Shown here piece after piece: positions 23,247 to 37,819 of a stretch of DNA of 46,964 nucleotides (positions within the stretch are counted from its first letter, which is position 1; the number at the start of each line of letters is the position of its first letter). The notes beneath the pieces are model-generated. The model did no database searches and was not told where the DNA came from. It saw nothing but the letters and a program-made list of their open reading frames with translations. This DNA is from Welwitschia mirabilis (Eukaryota), in assembly GCA_051453625.1 (NCBI GenBank), contig JBOZIK010000001.1, positions 24,139,572 to 24,186,535 of the forward strand, read 5' to 3'. The translations under genes were made by a program, and so were the position numbers.

Positions 23247-24539
23247 TGCGATGCATAATTCTGCAACCCCTTACGTCTTACTTAATCCTATAAATCACAA
23301 ATAGATATATTACAAATACAACACATTAATATAGATGGGAGTAACCCAAATGTCATAAATCCATTAAAGACATGTGAAAGAAGAAGAAGAACTAATTTTT
23401 GAAGAAATATTATATTATTTTAGAATCTAAAGAATAGTGTAAGAAATAATGCAATGAAACACACTTATGCAAATGCATATGCAATCTATTCTAGATGAAT
23501 AGCTATCCGATTATCAAATCGACTTGTTAGGAAGATTGCCTCTATATAATTTAAATCAATCAGAGAAACTATCAATAAATAAGACTAGCTTAAGCTATCA
23601 AGTAAGTTGAATAGAATGCTATACAAGTTAATCTAAAAAATGTACTTAAACTAATATTGTCAACCTTAACAAATATTGCCCTTAAGATTTATATCGTAAG
23701 TGAAACTGCCACTAAATCAAGAATAATATAAACCATAAGGGGCATGTAAAGTATTAAAGAAACAAAAGTGAAACAGAGTTTGTAATAAACAAATCAGCAT
23801 CGAGATTACAAAGCAGCCACACCTTAATGGAGGATGCATAGCCCAACACCAAGGAAGACGTCTCTTTGCAACTACTCAGGGTGGATTTCCCACCCTTAGA
23901 TCTCCTGTTACAAGAATTTCTAGTGCATCAAAGATAATAGGAGAATCAAAGGGGCAGTTTATTTATATAACAAGGAAAATTTAACCATTGCTCAAGGTGT
24001 AACAGTCATGCTAAAAAGCTCACTCAATTCCGAGAAACAAACAGATAAAATGGATGAAAGTCGGCAAGCCATTTTAGTGTCATCCTGCCTATTGTGGGGA
24101 TAACAATGAGGATGACACCTCATAATAATGGATGAGTCATCAAATTCTGGCTTTATAGTCAACCTCATAGTTGGTTCTAGATGCGTTATCATCCTACATG
24201 TCATATGGATGACACTACGGATGACACCTCTCCTAGCTCTAGTCCATGTTAGCATCCCCAATAGCTATTAAAAGTGCTATCATCCTACTTGTTATGGGAC
24301 GCTGGTCCTCTGTATATTTCTAGCTTAAGAGAAATTAGCCTTTTACATCATTGATCTTCCTCCAAAGAACTGAGTACCAACATATGCCTGAAATTCCTCT
24401 AAATATATCAAGAATGGAGTGTTTTCATGGTCATCCCATTGACTCTCCATATTATCAGAATTGCATTTAAACCTATATAAATATTCTACAAAATAACTCA
24501 TAACACTCCATCAAATACACATAATTTAGTAGAGCATCA
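23247..24539 (-). repeat. 5' LTR of element C (~1.3 kb)
   Basis: Minus strand starts TGATGCTCTACTAAATTATGTGTATTTGATG (Athila-like TGAT start), has a TATA (TTATATAAATAAA at ~23960) and ends a few nt before the PBS. Beyond 24539 the sequence switches to a plus-strand gag relic. Confidence 0.7.
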
Positions 24540-24544
24540 TGCTC

Positions 24545-27500
24545 CTACACCATGTAATAGGTATTCTAACTATCATTCAAACAATTTTTATCATAAATCT
24601 TCTCATTCTTATAACAAGAATCAATCTCAATGGCAATCTAAATCTTTACCTCTTCCTCCTTCACAAGAAAATAAATTAGAAGAAATAATGAAGTTGTTGG
24701 TTAATAAAATGGATGAAATGTAAAAAACTATTAATTTCATGTTCTAATGGTAAAATAAAAAGGAGATTCATCCTAGTTTATCTTTCTAATCTACTTTTAA
24801 TCTAAATCAACTAATGTGGTGGAAGAACACATTAATGCGAATGTCATTAGATTAAGAAGTGAAAGAATCATTTCATAACTTAGTTCTAAAACAAAAAAAA
24901 AAGTTGTAAATTTAGATAAAATAATTAAAAATATTAAATCTAATTCTAGGAAAAACTTTTAAAAGATAAAATTAGAAGATTTTGTTCCTTTTCTTAGTTA
25001 TGTTCAATCTAATAAAGGCTTTAATAACTATAGTGATATTCATAAAATTTTTAAAGATGTTAACATTAATATTACCCTTCTTAAGGTAATTAAGTAAATT
25101 CCTTCTTATGCTATGTTTTTTAAAGACCTATGCACTCGCAAAAGAAAGTTCTAACCTTCGAGAGAAATAATTAATCTTATTACATTTACTACTTGCGTTT
25201 TAGAATTAAAAATACCTATGAAATATGGTAACTCTGGACCCCCCCACTATCTCTATTACTATTGGTGGTCATATTATTAATAAAGCCTTATTAGATTTAG
25301 GAGCTAGAGTCGATCTTATGTTATAACTTGTTTTCATTCCTTAGGATTTAACCATGGTGATCCTACTGATGTAATTCTTTCTATGGCTGAGGGAACCTTG
25401 GTTAAAACCTCTAGAATTTTACAAGATGTATTAATTCAAATTAATAAAGTAGTTTATCCTGTTAACTTGATCATTTTTAAGGTTCCCATGAATTCCACTA
25501 TTTATCCTATTATTCTTATTAGACCTTAACTTTCTATAGCAAATGTGGAAATTAATTGTAGATCTAGTACACTAAAAATTATCTTTGACAATCTTTTCAT
25601 TAGCTTAAATGTGTTTTCTAATTGGAAGAAAAAGGCTATTGAAGTAAATGAACATTTACCTGTGCTTAAAATTCAACCTATAAGTGATGATTTATTTTAA
25701 ATTTTGAATGATATGCTTTATTTGGATGCTAATTATGAATTGCTTGTTACACCTTATTCAGATTTAAATGAATTTGATAATACTATTAAATATGTTTATT
25801 TTGAAGACTTTAATTATGTTTTTAAAGAAATAAAAATGAATGTTTCTTTAAATGATGTTTTTGTAGATAATAGTATTGCTAATGATAACTCAAAAACCTC
25901 TACTTGATCATTTAAAGTACATCTTTTTACCTATTATCATTAGTGCTCATCTTACTCCTTTTTAAGAAAAAGAGCTTACTAATTTTTTACTTGAACATTC
26001 TATATCTTTTACTTGGTCTTATAATAATTTGATTGGTATTCATCCTTCTGTTTGTTCTCATCCTATTTATTTAAAGCCTAATATCAAACTTGTTTGTCAA
26101 TCACAGTGTAAGCTAAATCCCATGCTTAAGGACATTGTTAAAGAATAAATCATCAAACTTTGGAAAGTTGATATTATTTACTCCATTATAGATATTAAAG
26201 GAATTAGTCCCTTATAAATTTCCCAAAGAAGAATGGTAAATGGCAAATTTATATAGATTTTCATGCTCTTAATAATCATACTAAGAAATATAATTTTCCT
26301 ATTTCTTTTATTGATTTAATTCTTAATAAACTTTTTGGCCATCATTACTATTGTTTTTTGGATGGACATAATGATTATAACCAAATTCCTATAGCTCCCA
26401 AATATGAAGAAAGGACTAATTTTACTTGTTTATTTGGATCTTTTGCATAATGTCACATGCTTTTTGTCTTATGTAATGCTCTTGTAACTTTTCAAAGGTG
26501 TATGAATGGTTTTTTTGCTAAATTTATAAATCAACTTTTAGAAATCTTTATAGATGGTTTTTATCTTTATGGTGATTATTTTGATCAAATAACGTATCAT
26601 TTGAAGTTAATCTTAAATCATTGTATTAATCATAATCTTTAGATTAGTTGGGGAAAAAAGTCATTTCATCATTACTAGAGGCATTATTCTTCATCATATT
26701 ATTTCTAAAGAAGGAATAGAAGTAGATCCTGCTAAGATTGATATCATTTGTTCTCTTCCTACTTCTACTTATGTTAAAGATATAAGATCTTTCTTAGGAC
26801 ATGCTGGTTTCTATTGATGTCTTATTCCATTTTTTAGTTCTCTTAGTAAACCTTTGTCTAAATTACTTTTGAAAGATGCATCTTTTTATTGGACACCAGA
26901 GTGTGAACTTGCATTTCAAAAGCTTAAAGATTTTTTATCATCTTTACCTATTCTTTAATCTCCTAATTGACCTTGTCCTTTTGAAGTTATGACTGATGCA
27001 AGTGATTTCACAATAGGCGTGCTTTTAGGTTAGACTCTTAAGGATAAACCCTTTATCCTTTCCTATGCTAGTAAGACCTTGCATGATTCTCAACTTAAGT
27101 ATCTATGCTAGTAAGACCTTACATGATTTTCAACTTAAGTATTCCACTATTGAAAATGAGATGTTAGTTATTATCTTTACTCTTGAAAAATTATGCAACT
27201 ATTTTATTGGTTATCCTATAGTTATTTTTATTGATCATGTTGCTTTGAAATACATTCTAAATAGGACCCTAAGTAAACCTCATCTTATGCATTGGGCTTT
27301 ACTTATGCAAAGATTTGATATTACAATTAAAGATAGATTAGGAAATGAAAATCTAATTGTCAATCATTTATCTCATCTTTCTGTGCATACTGATTCATCT
27401 GAAATTAAGAAAATTTTCCTGATGAAAATTTATTTGTTGTTAATGTTTTACCTTAGTATGCTAACATTGCAAATTTTAAATTCTATGGTAAGATTCCTAA

Positions 27501-28738
27501 TAACATGTCTTATTATTATCAAAAGAAAATTCTATCTCAACAACATAAATTTCCTTGGAAATCAACTCTTGTATTTAAATATTATGCTGATCAAGTCCTT
27601 TGAAGATGTGTACCTGAGAATGACATGATTAGTATACTAGAATTTTGTCGCAATGGTATTTGTGGTGGTCATTTTAGTGAAAAGAAAACTACATTTGAGG
27701 TTTTAAAAGTTAACGTTTTTTAGCCTACCCTTTTTAAAGATGCTAATGAATTTTATAAATCATGTGATAAATGCCAAAGAATGGGTAGTATTAATAAGAG
27801 AAATGAAATGCCTCTTGAACCTATCATTGTTTGTAAACCTTCTAATGTTTGGATTATTGATATCGTTGGATCATTTACCCCCTCCTTTGATAATGTTATA
27901 TTCTTGTTTATGTGGATCATGTTTCTAAATGGGTAAAAGCCAAAGCTTGTAAATATTGTGATGCTATGACTATCACTAGATTTTGGAAATATTATGTTAT
28001 TTCTCATTTTGATCATCCTAAAGTAATCACTAGTGATCAAGGAACACATTTTTGTAATAAAATATTTAGAAATCTTATGTTAAAATATGACACTACCAAT
28101 ATAAGGTAGCTACTACATATCATCCTTAAGCTAATGGTTAAGCTGAAGTAACTAATCATGAGCTTATTAGAATTTTTTAAAAAATAGTTAGTGCTAATAT
28201 AAAAAATTGGTTACTAAAACTGTCTAATGCATTATGAGCTTATGATATTGCTTTTAAAACTCCCATTTGCATGACTTCTTTCAAACTTGTTTATGATAAA
28301 TAATATTTTCTTCCTGTTAAGATAGAGTATCAAGCTTTTAATGCTATTTGTAAACTTAATCTTGATTTTGAAAAATGTGCTAAACATAATCAATCAAATG
28401 AATTAGATGAAATAAGATTAAGTGATTATAATAATTAAGTTCTTGCTAAAAAATTAATGAAATATTATTGTGATCAGATCATTCTTAAGAAAACATTTCA
28501 TGTATGTAATAAAGTTTTACTTTTTAAATCTCATTTTCATTTATTTCTTAGTAAGTTCAAATCTAAATGGAAAGGTTCTTTTGTTGTTATTCATGTATTT
28601 TCTTTTAAAACTATTGATATTCAAGATCCTATAACTAGTCATGTTCAATGTATAAATAGATCTAACCTTAAGTTATTTAATGATAAAAATTTAAATGGGG
28701 TTGAGATCTATTTTGATTCATCTTTTTTATATAATTAA
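24545..28738 (+). pseudogene. pol: Athila-like gypsy element D gag(C-term)-pol relic
   Basis: NVIRLRSE; IPSYAMFFKDLCTRKRK; PR KALLDLGARVDLM (~25280-25320); RT YCFLDGHNDYNQIPIAP, LCNALVTFQRCM, EIFIDGF; RH FEVMTDASDFTIG, YSTIENEML; IN CGGHFS, CDKCQR, ITSDQGTHFCN; C-terminal KFKSKWKGSFVV. Confidence 0.92.
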
Positions 28739-29499
28739 ATGTGATAAAACCTAAAAAACTAAAGATAGAAAAATTTATTTGTATTTATTAATTTTACTTA
28801 AAACTTTTAAAAATATTAGCATTTTTTGAATGATGAAATAAGAGCCATGGATCTCATGTAATTGCATTAAAAAGCGGTACAAGATTTGGGAAGGACCTAC
28901 TTCTATTTTTTTCCAAAAAGTATCAACCCAAAAATATTTTTAGCTTTATTTTTGAATTTTCATTTTTCTTTTAATAAATTGTAACCAAGCTATGTATTTT
29001 TCACCTAAAAATCTTAAGTTTTATTTACCTTAGGGGGTATAGCCACTTATTACCTAGGTTCTAGGGTACTTATGAATCTCATTTGACCATTAGTTTTCCA
29101 TTTTTTTTTAACTTGTGCTACTTTTTTTCTAGAAATTCTCTTTAAGTTTTGGTAAATCATGCAATAATAGCACTTCAATGCCAAAACTACACTGTTCATG
29201 GTGCTGCAACACCACTTTTCATAATAGTACATGCCTCTTTCATTATATAAACCATCTTTTTGGCCTTGACACCTTATTTTTGCATCATAATTTTCAAGAA
29301 GCAAGCTGGGGATCTTCATGGTGCTTTTAAAGTTGGATAGCAAGTCTTTGCCAGAATGGCCTGAGTCGTATTTTGACTTTTTCATTTCATCTTTTTCTTA
29401 GCCTCAAATTTAGTTTTATTTTTCATGTTAGAATTTTATTGGCAAAGTTATTTGCTCTCTTCTCTTTGTTAACTTTGCTTCCAAAGATGATTAATTAGT

Positions 29500-30110
29500 T
29501 AGGGATTGAATAATATATTGGTTAGTTGATCTAGATGGTGCTTCATATCCTAATGATACTATATCCATGTTTTCTAGAAATCTTCAGTTTGATGAAGAAA
29601 AAATTGTAGGAGCATCTAATGTAGATGATCTTACCATTTACTAGTCCCATATAGCTATTGCTAGTGCATTAGAGATACCTTATTATAATAGTGACTAGGA
29701 ATTAATGGACTCACATGATTATTTGGATATGGTATTACCTATCTTAGATTATCTTAACCTTAATTCTGGCCTTTATGTTAATGGTTTTCTTATTAATCAT
29801 CTTAGGTTGTCTGATGTACCTCTCACTCATTACATTATGTCTAATATTTTAGGTACTTCTCATACACCTCATGCATTCCTAATGTCTAAAAACCCTTTAA
29901 ATATTTAGATAAGGACATGTTCCTTATGTTTCTTATCTTGTCCACGTTTGTTATGTACTTTATTCTTAGCATTCTGTTGCTATTCCTTTACCCTTTACCA
30001 TTTGAAAAGTAATTACCCATTAGTACCCTAAGTTTCATAGAATTAGTTGTATTAGATACTATTCCCATTTTGCTACTAATTTTAGATAGCTTCGAGAGGC
30101 AGAGATATTT
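29500..30110 (+). pseudogene. Env-like / plant-transposon-protein ORF relic downstream of element D pol
   Basis: SYPNDTISMFSRNLQF...IAIASALEIP...LTHYIMSNIL resembles the YPxxxxxFYxNL / IAxxLxIP / HxxxxxNIL pattern of Athila ORF2. Its position after IN fits. Confidence 0.5.
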
Positions 30111-30743
30111 TTTAAGCATGAGTAGCAATAACAACCACTTAAATGTCAACTTGAGTAGAATGGTATTCCTTTAGATAGGATTAATTAGCACTTGGATAAA
30201 ATTTAATGAAATGNNNNNNNNNNNNNNNNNNNNNNNNNNNNNNNNNNNNNNNNNNNNNNNNNNNNNNNNNNNNNNNNNNNNNNNNNNNNNNNNNNNNNNN
30301 NNNNNNNNNNNNNNNNNNNNNNNNNNNNNNNNNNNNNNNNNNNNNNNNNNNNNNNNNNNNNNNNNNNNNNNNNNNNNNNNNNNNNNNNNNNNNNNNNNNN
30401 NNNNNNNTCCTTAGCTTAGTTATGTTTATCAAGAGTGAAAGCTTTCTTATGCTTCACTCTTATCTTTTGTAACACTATTTTATAATATGATATTATAGGT
30501 ATGCTTTTATTTTATCTAGGTTATGTTCACATTTTTCTTTTTTCTTTTTTTAACTAAATAAAAATTAATAAAATATTAGCTTTATTTTTTCTTAAATAAA
30601 ATGTTTTTGATATGTCTACATTTACTTACCATCTCCTGTGACANNNNNNNNNNNNNNNNNNNNNNNNNNNNNNNNNNNNNNNNNNNNNNNNNNNNNNNNN
30701 NNNNNNNNNNNNNNNNNNNNNNNNNNNNNNNNNNNNNNNNNNN

Positions 30744-30814
<71 letters not shown>
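30744..30814. repeat. (AC)n microsatellite, truncated by gap
   Basis: About 35 perfect AC units directly after an N run. Confidence 0.97.
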
Positions 30815-30818
<4 letters not shown>

Positions 30819-33800
30819 ATCATGCTTTCAGTATTATTAGCTCTGTTATGTTATATGTTGTATAATTTATAGGACCAATAATTAGATCCATAATCATCCA
30901 TGTCAGCTATAGACATCTCAATTATTAATCCGTAAAGCTTGGTAAATGATGTAATTCCTCATCATTAGGTGAATGATGAATGTCATTAGATATTTTGATG
31001 ATAGATTTAATGCTACATCCTACAGTTGAACATATTAATTTTTAGTAGGCTTCATTCCTCTTATCATCATCACTTACATAAGATGTACAAGAAGACTTGT
31101 TGGAGGATGTGATGAAGCCTGAACTTTGTACAAAATAAGGTATTAATAGTCAACATTTTATATTACTTTTTGAACTTTAGTACTGCATTTAGAGGTATTT
31201 TTGCACTTTTCAGATAATAGGTATCTTGGACATTCAGTGAGCTTAAAACATTACATTATGATTTAGTTTGAAGCTCTTCATAATGCTTGCAATTAAGAGA
31301 TTAAGATTAAGGGTGAAAATGCAGATTACAGATAACTACTTCAACATAGAAGCTCTATAGATGATTCATAGTCTCTTTTCCATTACCATCCTCTTGGTGA
31401 TGTGATGATTTTGATTCACTCTAACACTGGATGCATGACATTGGATGACATAAGAACCTTTCAGAACATCAGTACATTGGAAAATTACATTCCAAAGCCA
31501 TAATTTATTTTTTTTAGTTAAAATTGATAAATTCATGTATTATAAGCCTTAAAGAACAAAATTAAATTAAGTTTTATTTTTGGATTTTTAGTAGTTATGT
31601 ATGAAACTACTTGTGACATTGCAACTTCAATTCTAAGAGTAAAATGGCACTTTAGTGCCACGTGATAGTTTTACAAAATAAGACATGAATCACATGCAAA
31701 TTTATGGTGGTTTTGGTAACTCCTTAGTTTGAAGCCCACCCTAGAATACCTATAAAGATTGTCCTTAGTGCTCATACCAATATAATATCATTATTATATC
31801 ATTTTTATGCCAATTTTGCCATTCTAAACATTGGAAAGAGATTTTTCATTATTTCTCTCTCATTTTTCTTCATCTTCAAGTTGATACTCTCTCTATATCA
31901 ACTTTGAAAACCTCTTACATTCCTCATTCCCATCTTTTATTGTCATCAAATTTCATTTTTGGCCTCTTAAAACCTTTTATATTCCATTTCTCATTATCGT
32001 TTCTCCAATTTCCATTCATCTGGAGGACATTGCAAGGGTGGTGAAGTGCACATGAATGGGCGGTACAGGAGGAAGACAAAGCATCAAATATTATAAGCAA
32101 TTGGATGGAGGACTAATGAAAATGGTTATGCATTCAAATAAAATCAATAAATGTTCCTTTTCTTTATGTTTTTTATGCTTTAGTTACTTGATTTATGCAT
32201 TTATGTCATGATTTTATTTCAATGTAATTAGACTTTTTATAACTTATAGCATAAATAGTACTAGTTAGATTGTAGAACAATTAGTGCCTTTCATAGAAAT
32301 TTGATTTTTTGCATGTTTAGTCACTCCTTGTTAAAATAAATCATGTGTTTTGCTCTTCTTCTCTCTTATTTTCTCCATTCGTATCATTTTCTAATACATT
32401 TCTCATGATTCCACATTTCTCCTACGGCAATTGATGTTGAATTTCTATTTTATCCTCTGCAATAGTAGTAGAGTGGTCTACAAATATTTGATTAATACTT
32501 TTCTAAAACTAAAATGATTCCTTTTTGAAAGAATTTTTCTCTCTTCTTTCTTCTTTTGAAAAATCAAAGTATAATAGTTAATTTTAGTGCTTCTTTTGTC
32601 CATAATGTTTTCTTTACAACCCCAATGGATTTGTAACTTTGTTAGTGGATTCATCTCATAATGTACAAACTTTTATTATTAGAGTGTCAAAACCTAAATT
32701 TGGCCTCTAAAACCCCTTTTTCGGCCATTTTTAGTCTTAGTTGTAGTTTTACTTGGACAAATTTCTGAACTATAAAATCTTTTTTTTTTTTGATTTTGTA
32801 CAGTAATTTTATCAGTCATTTTTAATGTTTTTCTAGAAATTCAAGATTCTATCTTATAGTATGTCTTGAGTACTTGTAGAATATGAAATCCAATGTTTTT
32901 CAAGTCTTTATAGTTTGCTTAATATTCTTGATCAAAGTAGGATTGACTATAATTTTTTTAGGTTTTATAGATAAACTATTTTTATCAGTTGCAATTAATT
33001 CTACTTGATCTTGAATATTTAGTTTTATAAACTTGTTTTATGGCATACTCTAAGTATTTTAAAGGTTCTAATCTTTTCTAAATCTATTCTTCTAAATTTT
33101 CTCTCTCCCTTTTCTCTCTCTTCTTCATTTCTTCTCGTTTTATTAGTTAAAACAACTTGAAATTGACTAGGATTACTTTGATTTAATGAATATTTATATG
33201 CTAGTTTTTATTAATTTCCTATTGATTAGAACCCTAATTTTGATGTTTTAATGCTTTTACACTACATTTTATGCTTAGTAAAGAGTTATCTTTCAAGATA
33301 AATATATTAGAACTTAATGAAAATATTGTCATGGTCAAATAGTTTGCTTAGATAATTTGAATAATCTAGACTTACATGTGTTATGTTTTAGTTCTAAATT
33401 GATGTATATTTTACATAGAATGGAATATGATATTTAAACTACCTAACTACATCCATTTAATAAGAATGAAAGAAGCCAACTTTTAAAAAAAAAAATATTT
33501 TTACATATGGAAATGATTCATGTAAATTTGACTAGTTAAATTCCTTTGCTTATTTACATAAAATTATAAATGATCTTGAGAATCTTGTGAATGTTTACAA
33601 AAAATTACTTAGTCTTATTTTCTTGTATTTCTGTTTTTCATCTTGTAAAATTATGCTTTTACACATGTAACTTTTCATGATTATTTTATGTCATGTGTGT
33701 TAAATTAGTTGTATGTCACCTAAGAGAAATAGTTCTTTTATCATATGAAGTGATATCTTAATAGAATAATCTTAATATTTTCATATGAATTCATGTCAAG

Positions 33801-36800
33801 TATTCCATCAGTTCAATACATGTGTGTGCCCACTTTATTTGCAATTTGAACTAGGAGATTTCTTTATGAAATAATTTGAACTTTTTATACTTAATTTTCT
33901 TTTCCTAAGTTTAATTATCATGTTAAGTACACATTTATTTTTGTGAAGGCTCAGAGCGTGAGCTCCTCACTTAAAAATTAAGCTTTTACTTCATTCACCT
34001 ATGATGATCTTATTCTTGAGATGATATTATTCTTTGAAGGATAAGATCCTATTCTTAGGGATTTAAGCTCTTTTGAATCTTTAGCTTTCTAATTTAGCCT
34101 TGATTTCATTACTTCACTTATAAATATAGTTCTTAGCATTTGCAAGATTTATCTAATGTTAAGTGTTCTTAGAAATCAAGTTGATATTTTAATCCTTCAA
34201 TTTCTTTTTAAACCTAGAATTCTTTTAGGACAATAAGTTTAATTCTTCTCTCTCTTATCTTGGATCATATTTTCAAGTGAACTTAATCAAATTTACTAAT
34301 ACAACAAATCAAGATTTAAATCTAACATTGATTTTATTGAAATTTTGACATCTACCAAATCACTTAAGAGGATCTCATTTTCCACTTCAAGTTGCATCAT
34401 AAAATCAGATGCATTCACTAATTATCTAGTATGATGATAAAAAATCCTTTAAATTTATTTAATATTTCCTTTAGTCATTAGGTTATGTAGTTGTTTTCTT
34501 CCTAAGTAATGCTTTATTTGAGAACTTGAATTAGTCACATATAGGAATTGATTTTTTTTTTTTTAAGAATCCATGAAGATTTGTATCTACTTAAAAAAAA
34601 AGATACAGACATAGATAAGAGTTTACAAAAAAATTTCTTAAAAAAATACATTCATAACTTTTAATAATTTTCTTGTAAATAAAAAAACGTTTTGTATTGA
34701 GCAGAAATTTTGTCCATTTTTCCTTAAGTGTAGCTATCATTATAAGGATAAAAAAATTTCTCACATAAAAAAGGAAAATAGGCTAACACAAAACCAAAAA
34801 GATCTTTCAAATTCTATAAGCCTACAAGGTTCAAATTTTGTAGACTCATCTTCCTTTTTAAATAAAATCCATCACTACAATTTGTCATTAATTTTGGAAA
34901 TTATTTAATGCCGCTCATTTCATTAAGTGTGGCATAAATGATATTATCTATATTGATCAAAATAGAGGTAAAAGCTCCTACTTTTTCATTCTTCCATTCT
35001 CTTAATAATGTGCCTACCTCTATAAACTTTCCTTTATTATTTGGATTCTTCTCCAATCTCTCTTTCATTGCAGTTATGAAAGAATCCAATACATCTTACA
35101 TTATGCTGAATTAAAACCAATTATAATTTTCTTTTTTGTTTTCTATATTTCATGTTTATCTCCCTTTGAATATACAATTTTAACACCTTGACTTGCACTC
35201 TATCAAAATAAGGCTAAATTCTTTAAGGTAAATCTCTTAAAGTTAATAGTATATATGTAAAAGGCTATAACTCTAAGATTTTGCTTAGATTTAAAATCAT
35301 AGGATTGTAGCAGATCGGCGATTGAGGTCCAGATCATCACCCAGCTTGGATTGATTATGCTAGGTTAGGCCACTACAACTAGTGCTCCCATAGAGAGTTA
35401 CTTATCAAGGAACACTGGATCATCCTACCAAGCTAACGAACATTAAAACAGGTAGCATTTAAGCAATAGACTTGGAATCAAGAGAATAATTCTAACACAT
35501 ATGTAAGAAAAATAGTTCCAATAAGAGGAACAATTACTTGGATGAGGAACAAGTATGTTTATGAATGAAATGAATAAGGCTCTTCCATCTGTTACCTTGC
35601 AATGAGGCTACATGACTATAGCAATGTGGTAAGGTAGGGTGTGTTCCCAAATTCTAGTCACTGTGGGATCTAGTGAGCCGTATTTTATACATTAAAACCA
35701 CGTTATATCTTATCTGGTTGATGAGCCTTCAGTAGCCATTAGGACAAGGAAGAAGGATAGAAACCATCATCTTCATACATGTGACCATGCAATTCTTTAA
35801 AAAAATAACTGATTAAATCTTTTTATTTCTTTTAGTGTATCAGACCAATATAATAAATTCAAAATAAAATACTTAAACCTCTATCATTACATAAAATCCT
35901 ACACATAAAACATTGTAGTAAAGGATAATAATAGTGATCTCATAGTGGTTTCAAATCCTAAAATTATTCTATAACTTTTTCCCCTAATTAGGGAGCATGC
36001 ATAAGAATTTAGGTATATCCTTGCTATAATATTCAAATCCCAAGAGTGAGTTAGATGCATAAATAAGGCCCATATAATTCCCCTTTAAAATATACATTTA
36101 CAATAGAAATAAAATTCCTAATAATTTCAAATACCATGCATGAATTAATTTAAAAATGGAAAAAGGTCAAAACATTTAAAAAACCTATTTATTTTAGTAT
36201 TACAAAAATATCCTTGCCCATTAAGAGAGACTTGAAATAAATAACAAATTAGTTCTTATTAAGGTTAAATGCTTTCTAATTCTCTTTAACCTCCATGTCA
36301 TCTCTCTTTCTTTTTAGTTTGCTCATCTAATCCTCTTCTGTAGAAGTGTTTTCTCTTTTTACATTGTTCTTTTCTCTTAGTATCTCATGTCATTTACAAT
36401 TCCAAATAAAATTTGAAATCTATTTAAAAACTAGAATTTCCTCTAATGAACTAGCATATTTATTATCTTGCTATAAACATCCTCCTAGAATTATCTCACT
36501 GTAGCTATGTTTATCTAAAATTTTATTACCTAGCTCATTATTAACATTATATTTTGGGTCTTTTTCCTTTATCCATTTTACAATTCATTACATTATCTGT
36601 TATAAATAATACTTTTTTGCTTTTCTTCAATGAACCTTTTGATCTGTTATGACTTATTAAAAAAAAAAAAAGTGCTTTGCCTCTCTCAAAATTTTAGAAA
36701 GACTAAAAAAGAAAATGTGCAATAATTAAAAATTTTAAGGTAATAAAAAGATCCAAAATTAGGTTAAATATAAACCTTAAAAACTTAAAGTAGATTATCA

Positions 36801-37819
36801 ATTTTTACATGCTACAATATATGAAAATATTAAAAAAAAAATAAAGACATACTTGCATACATCCTTGCTAAGTTATCATAATGGGAAAGTTAATACATCC
36901 TAAAGTTGGGTTCTCAAGTTCAAACCCTCATAATGGTAAAGGGAAGTTGTAGTTAAATCCATACATTAGTGGGATTTTATTGACATGCATAGGCCCAAGT
37001 GTTGTTGGGTATAATGTAGTACAAAAGCTAACTTACCTCCTTATATACTCTAAGAAAAATAAAAAAAAGAAAAAAAATATTTGTACTTACTAGTATTAGT
37101 ACAATAACTTCTATGGTCTTAATATCTTCTTCCTTCGTTAGTTTTTATTTTGACTTTTACCTTGTTAACGTAAAACCCTAAATTATGATTGGACATAAAA
37201 AGGAACAATTAACTATTATAATAAAAATGAAAAAAATTCTTACCTAAATGATTATTTAGTGTTATACCTATGGCACTATCCTTTTTGAATTTACATCCTT
37301 ATTCATAAATAACTATTGGGATGCTAATATAATTTTGATATCATATTTGGTTTCATTTAGTACCCTTGATAATGATAATGTTTTAATCATAGAAACTCTT
37401 TTTAGACTTATTTATTTATCTATTCTCTATATATTAATTCACAGATCCAAATGTAGAATTGTCAAATAATGGTAGAGGTTGATGACAATAATCTGCCCTT
37501 CTTCCTTTAAGATCTTGAATTTAATTTCAATAGAGTAAGACTGGTACATACTATTAATCCAAATCCATTACAATATCATTAGATAAGAATTCTATCTATC
37601 TTACAAGAAGATCAGATATTGTACTAAGATTTAAAAATAAAACAAAATAGCATGTTGGAAAAATATCATTATCAAAAGAACAAAATGTTCTAATAGATAA
37701 TCACAATGTTGACTCATCTCAGAAAGATAAAGTTTTAAAAATAGATGATAATATAAATGATAATATAGAAATAAAATTATAAAATATACTCTAAATGAAC
37801 AGACATATGTTCACCTAAT

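Larger units (their letters stand above)
17726..24539 (-). mobile_element. Athila-like Ty3/gypsy element C (5' LTR, PBS, gag, PR, RT, RH, IN start), heavily decayed
   Basis: Gag: YPIFNGENNEDP, LKEKAKLWL, REAFIKRF (22182-22457). PR: ALIDIIVSVNIMP (~20900). RT: IIYAISDSEWIS..VLKKDGKWRVYIDF, LGHPIFKKGINMDP. RH: FELMFNASNIIVGGVLRQ. IN zinc finger: GICGEHF...CDACQ...EMPLKPIL..EPF..WEIDF (18040-17730). Order PR-RT-RH-IN is gypsy. Confidence 0.88.

Noticed and set aside
30582-30865. CVCVCV / HTHTHT ORFs
   Set aside because: Translations of the (AC)n microsatellite plus gap.
31000-34500. LTR-like promoter/CT-rich stretches in AT-rich DNA
   Set aside because: Probably old TE non-coding sequence, but no boundaries or coding motifs could be fixed.
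35306-35790. Possible solo LTR on the minus strand
   Set aside because: Composition and a TATA-like motif fit, but I found no matching TG...CA ends with a TSD, PBS or PPT.
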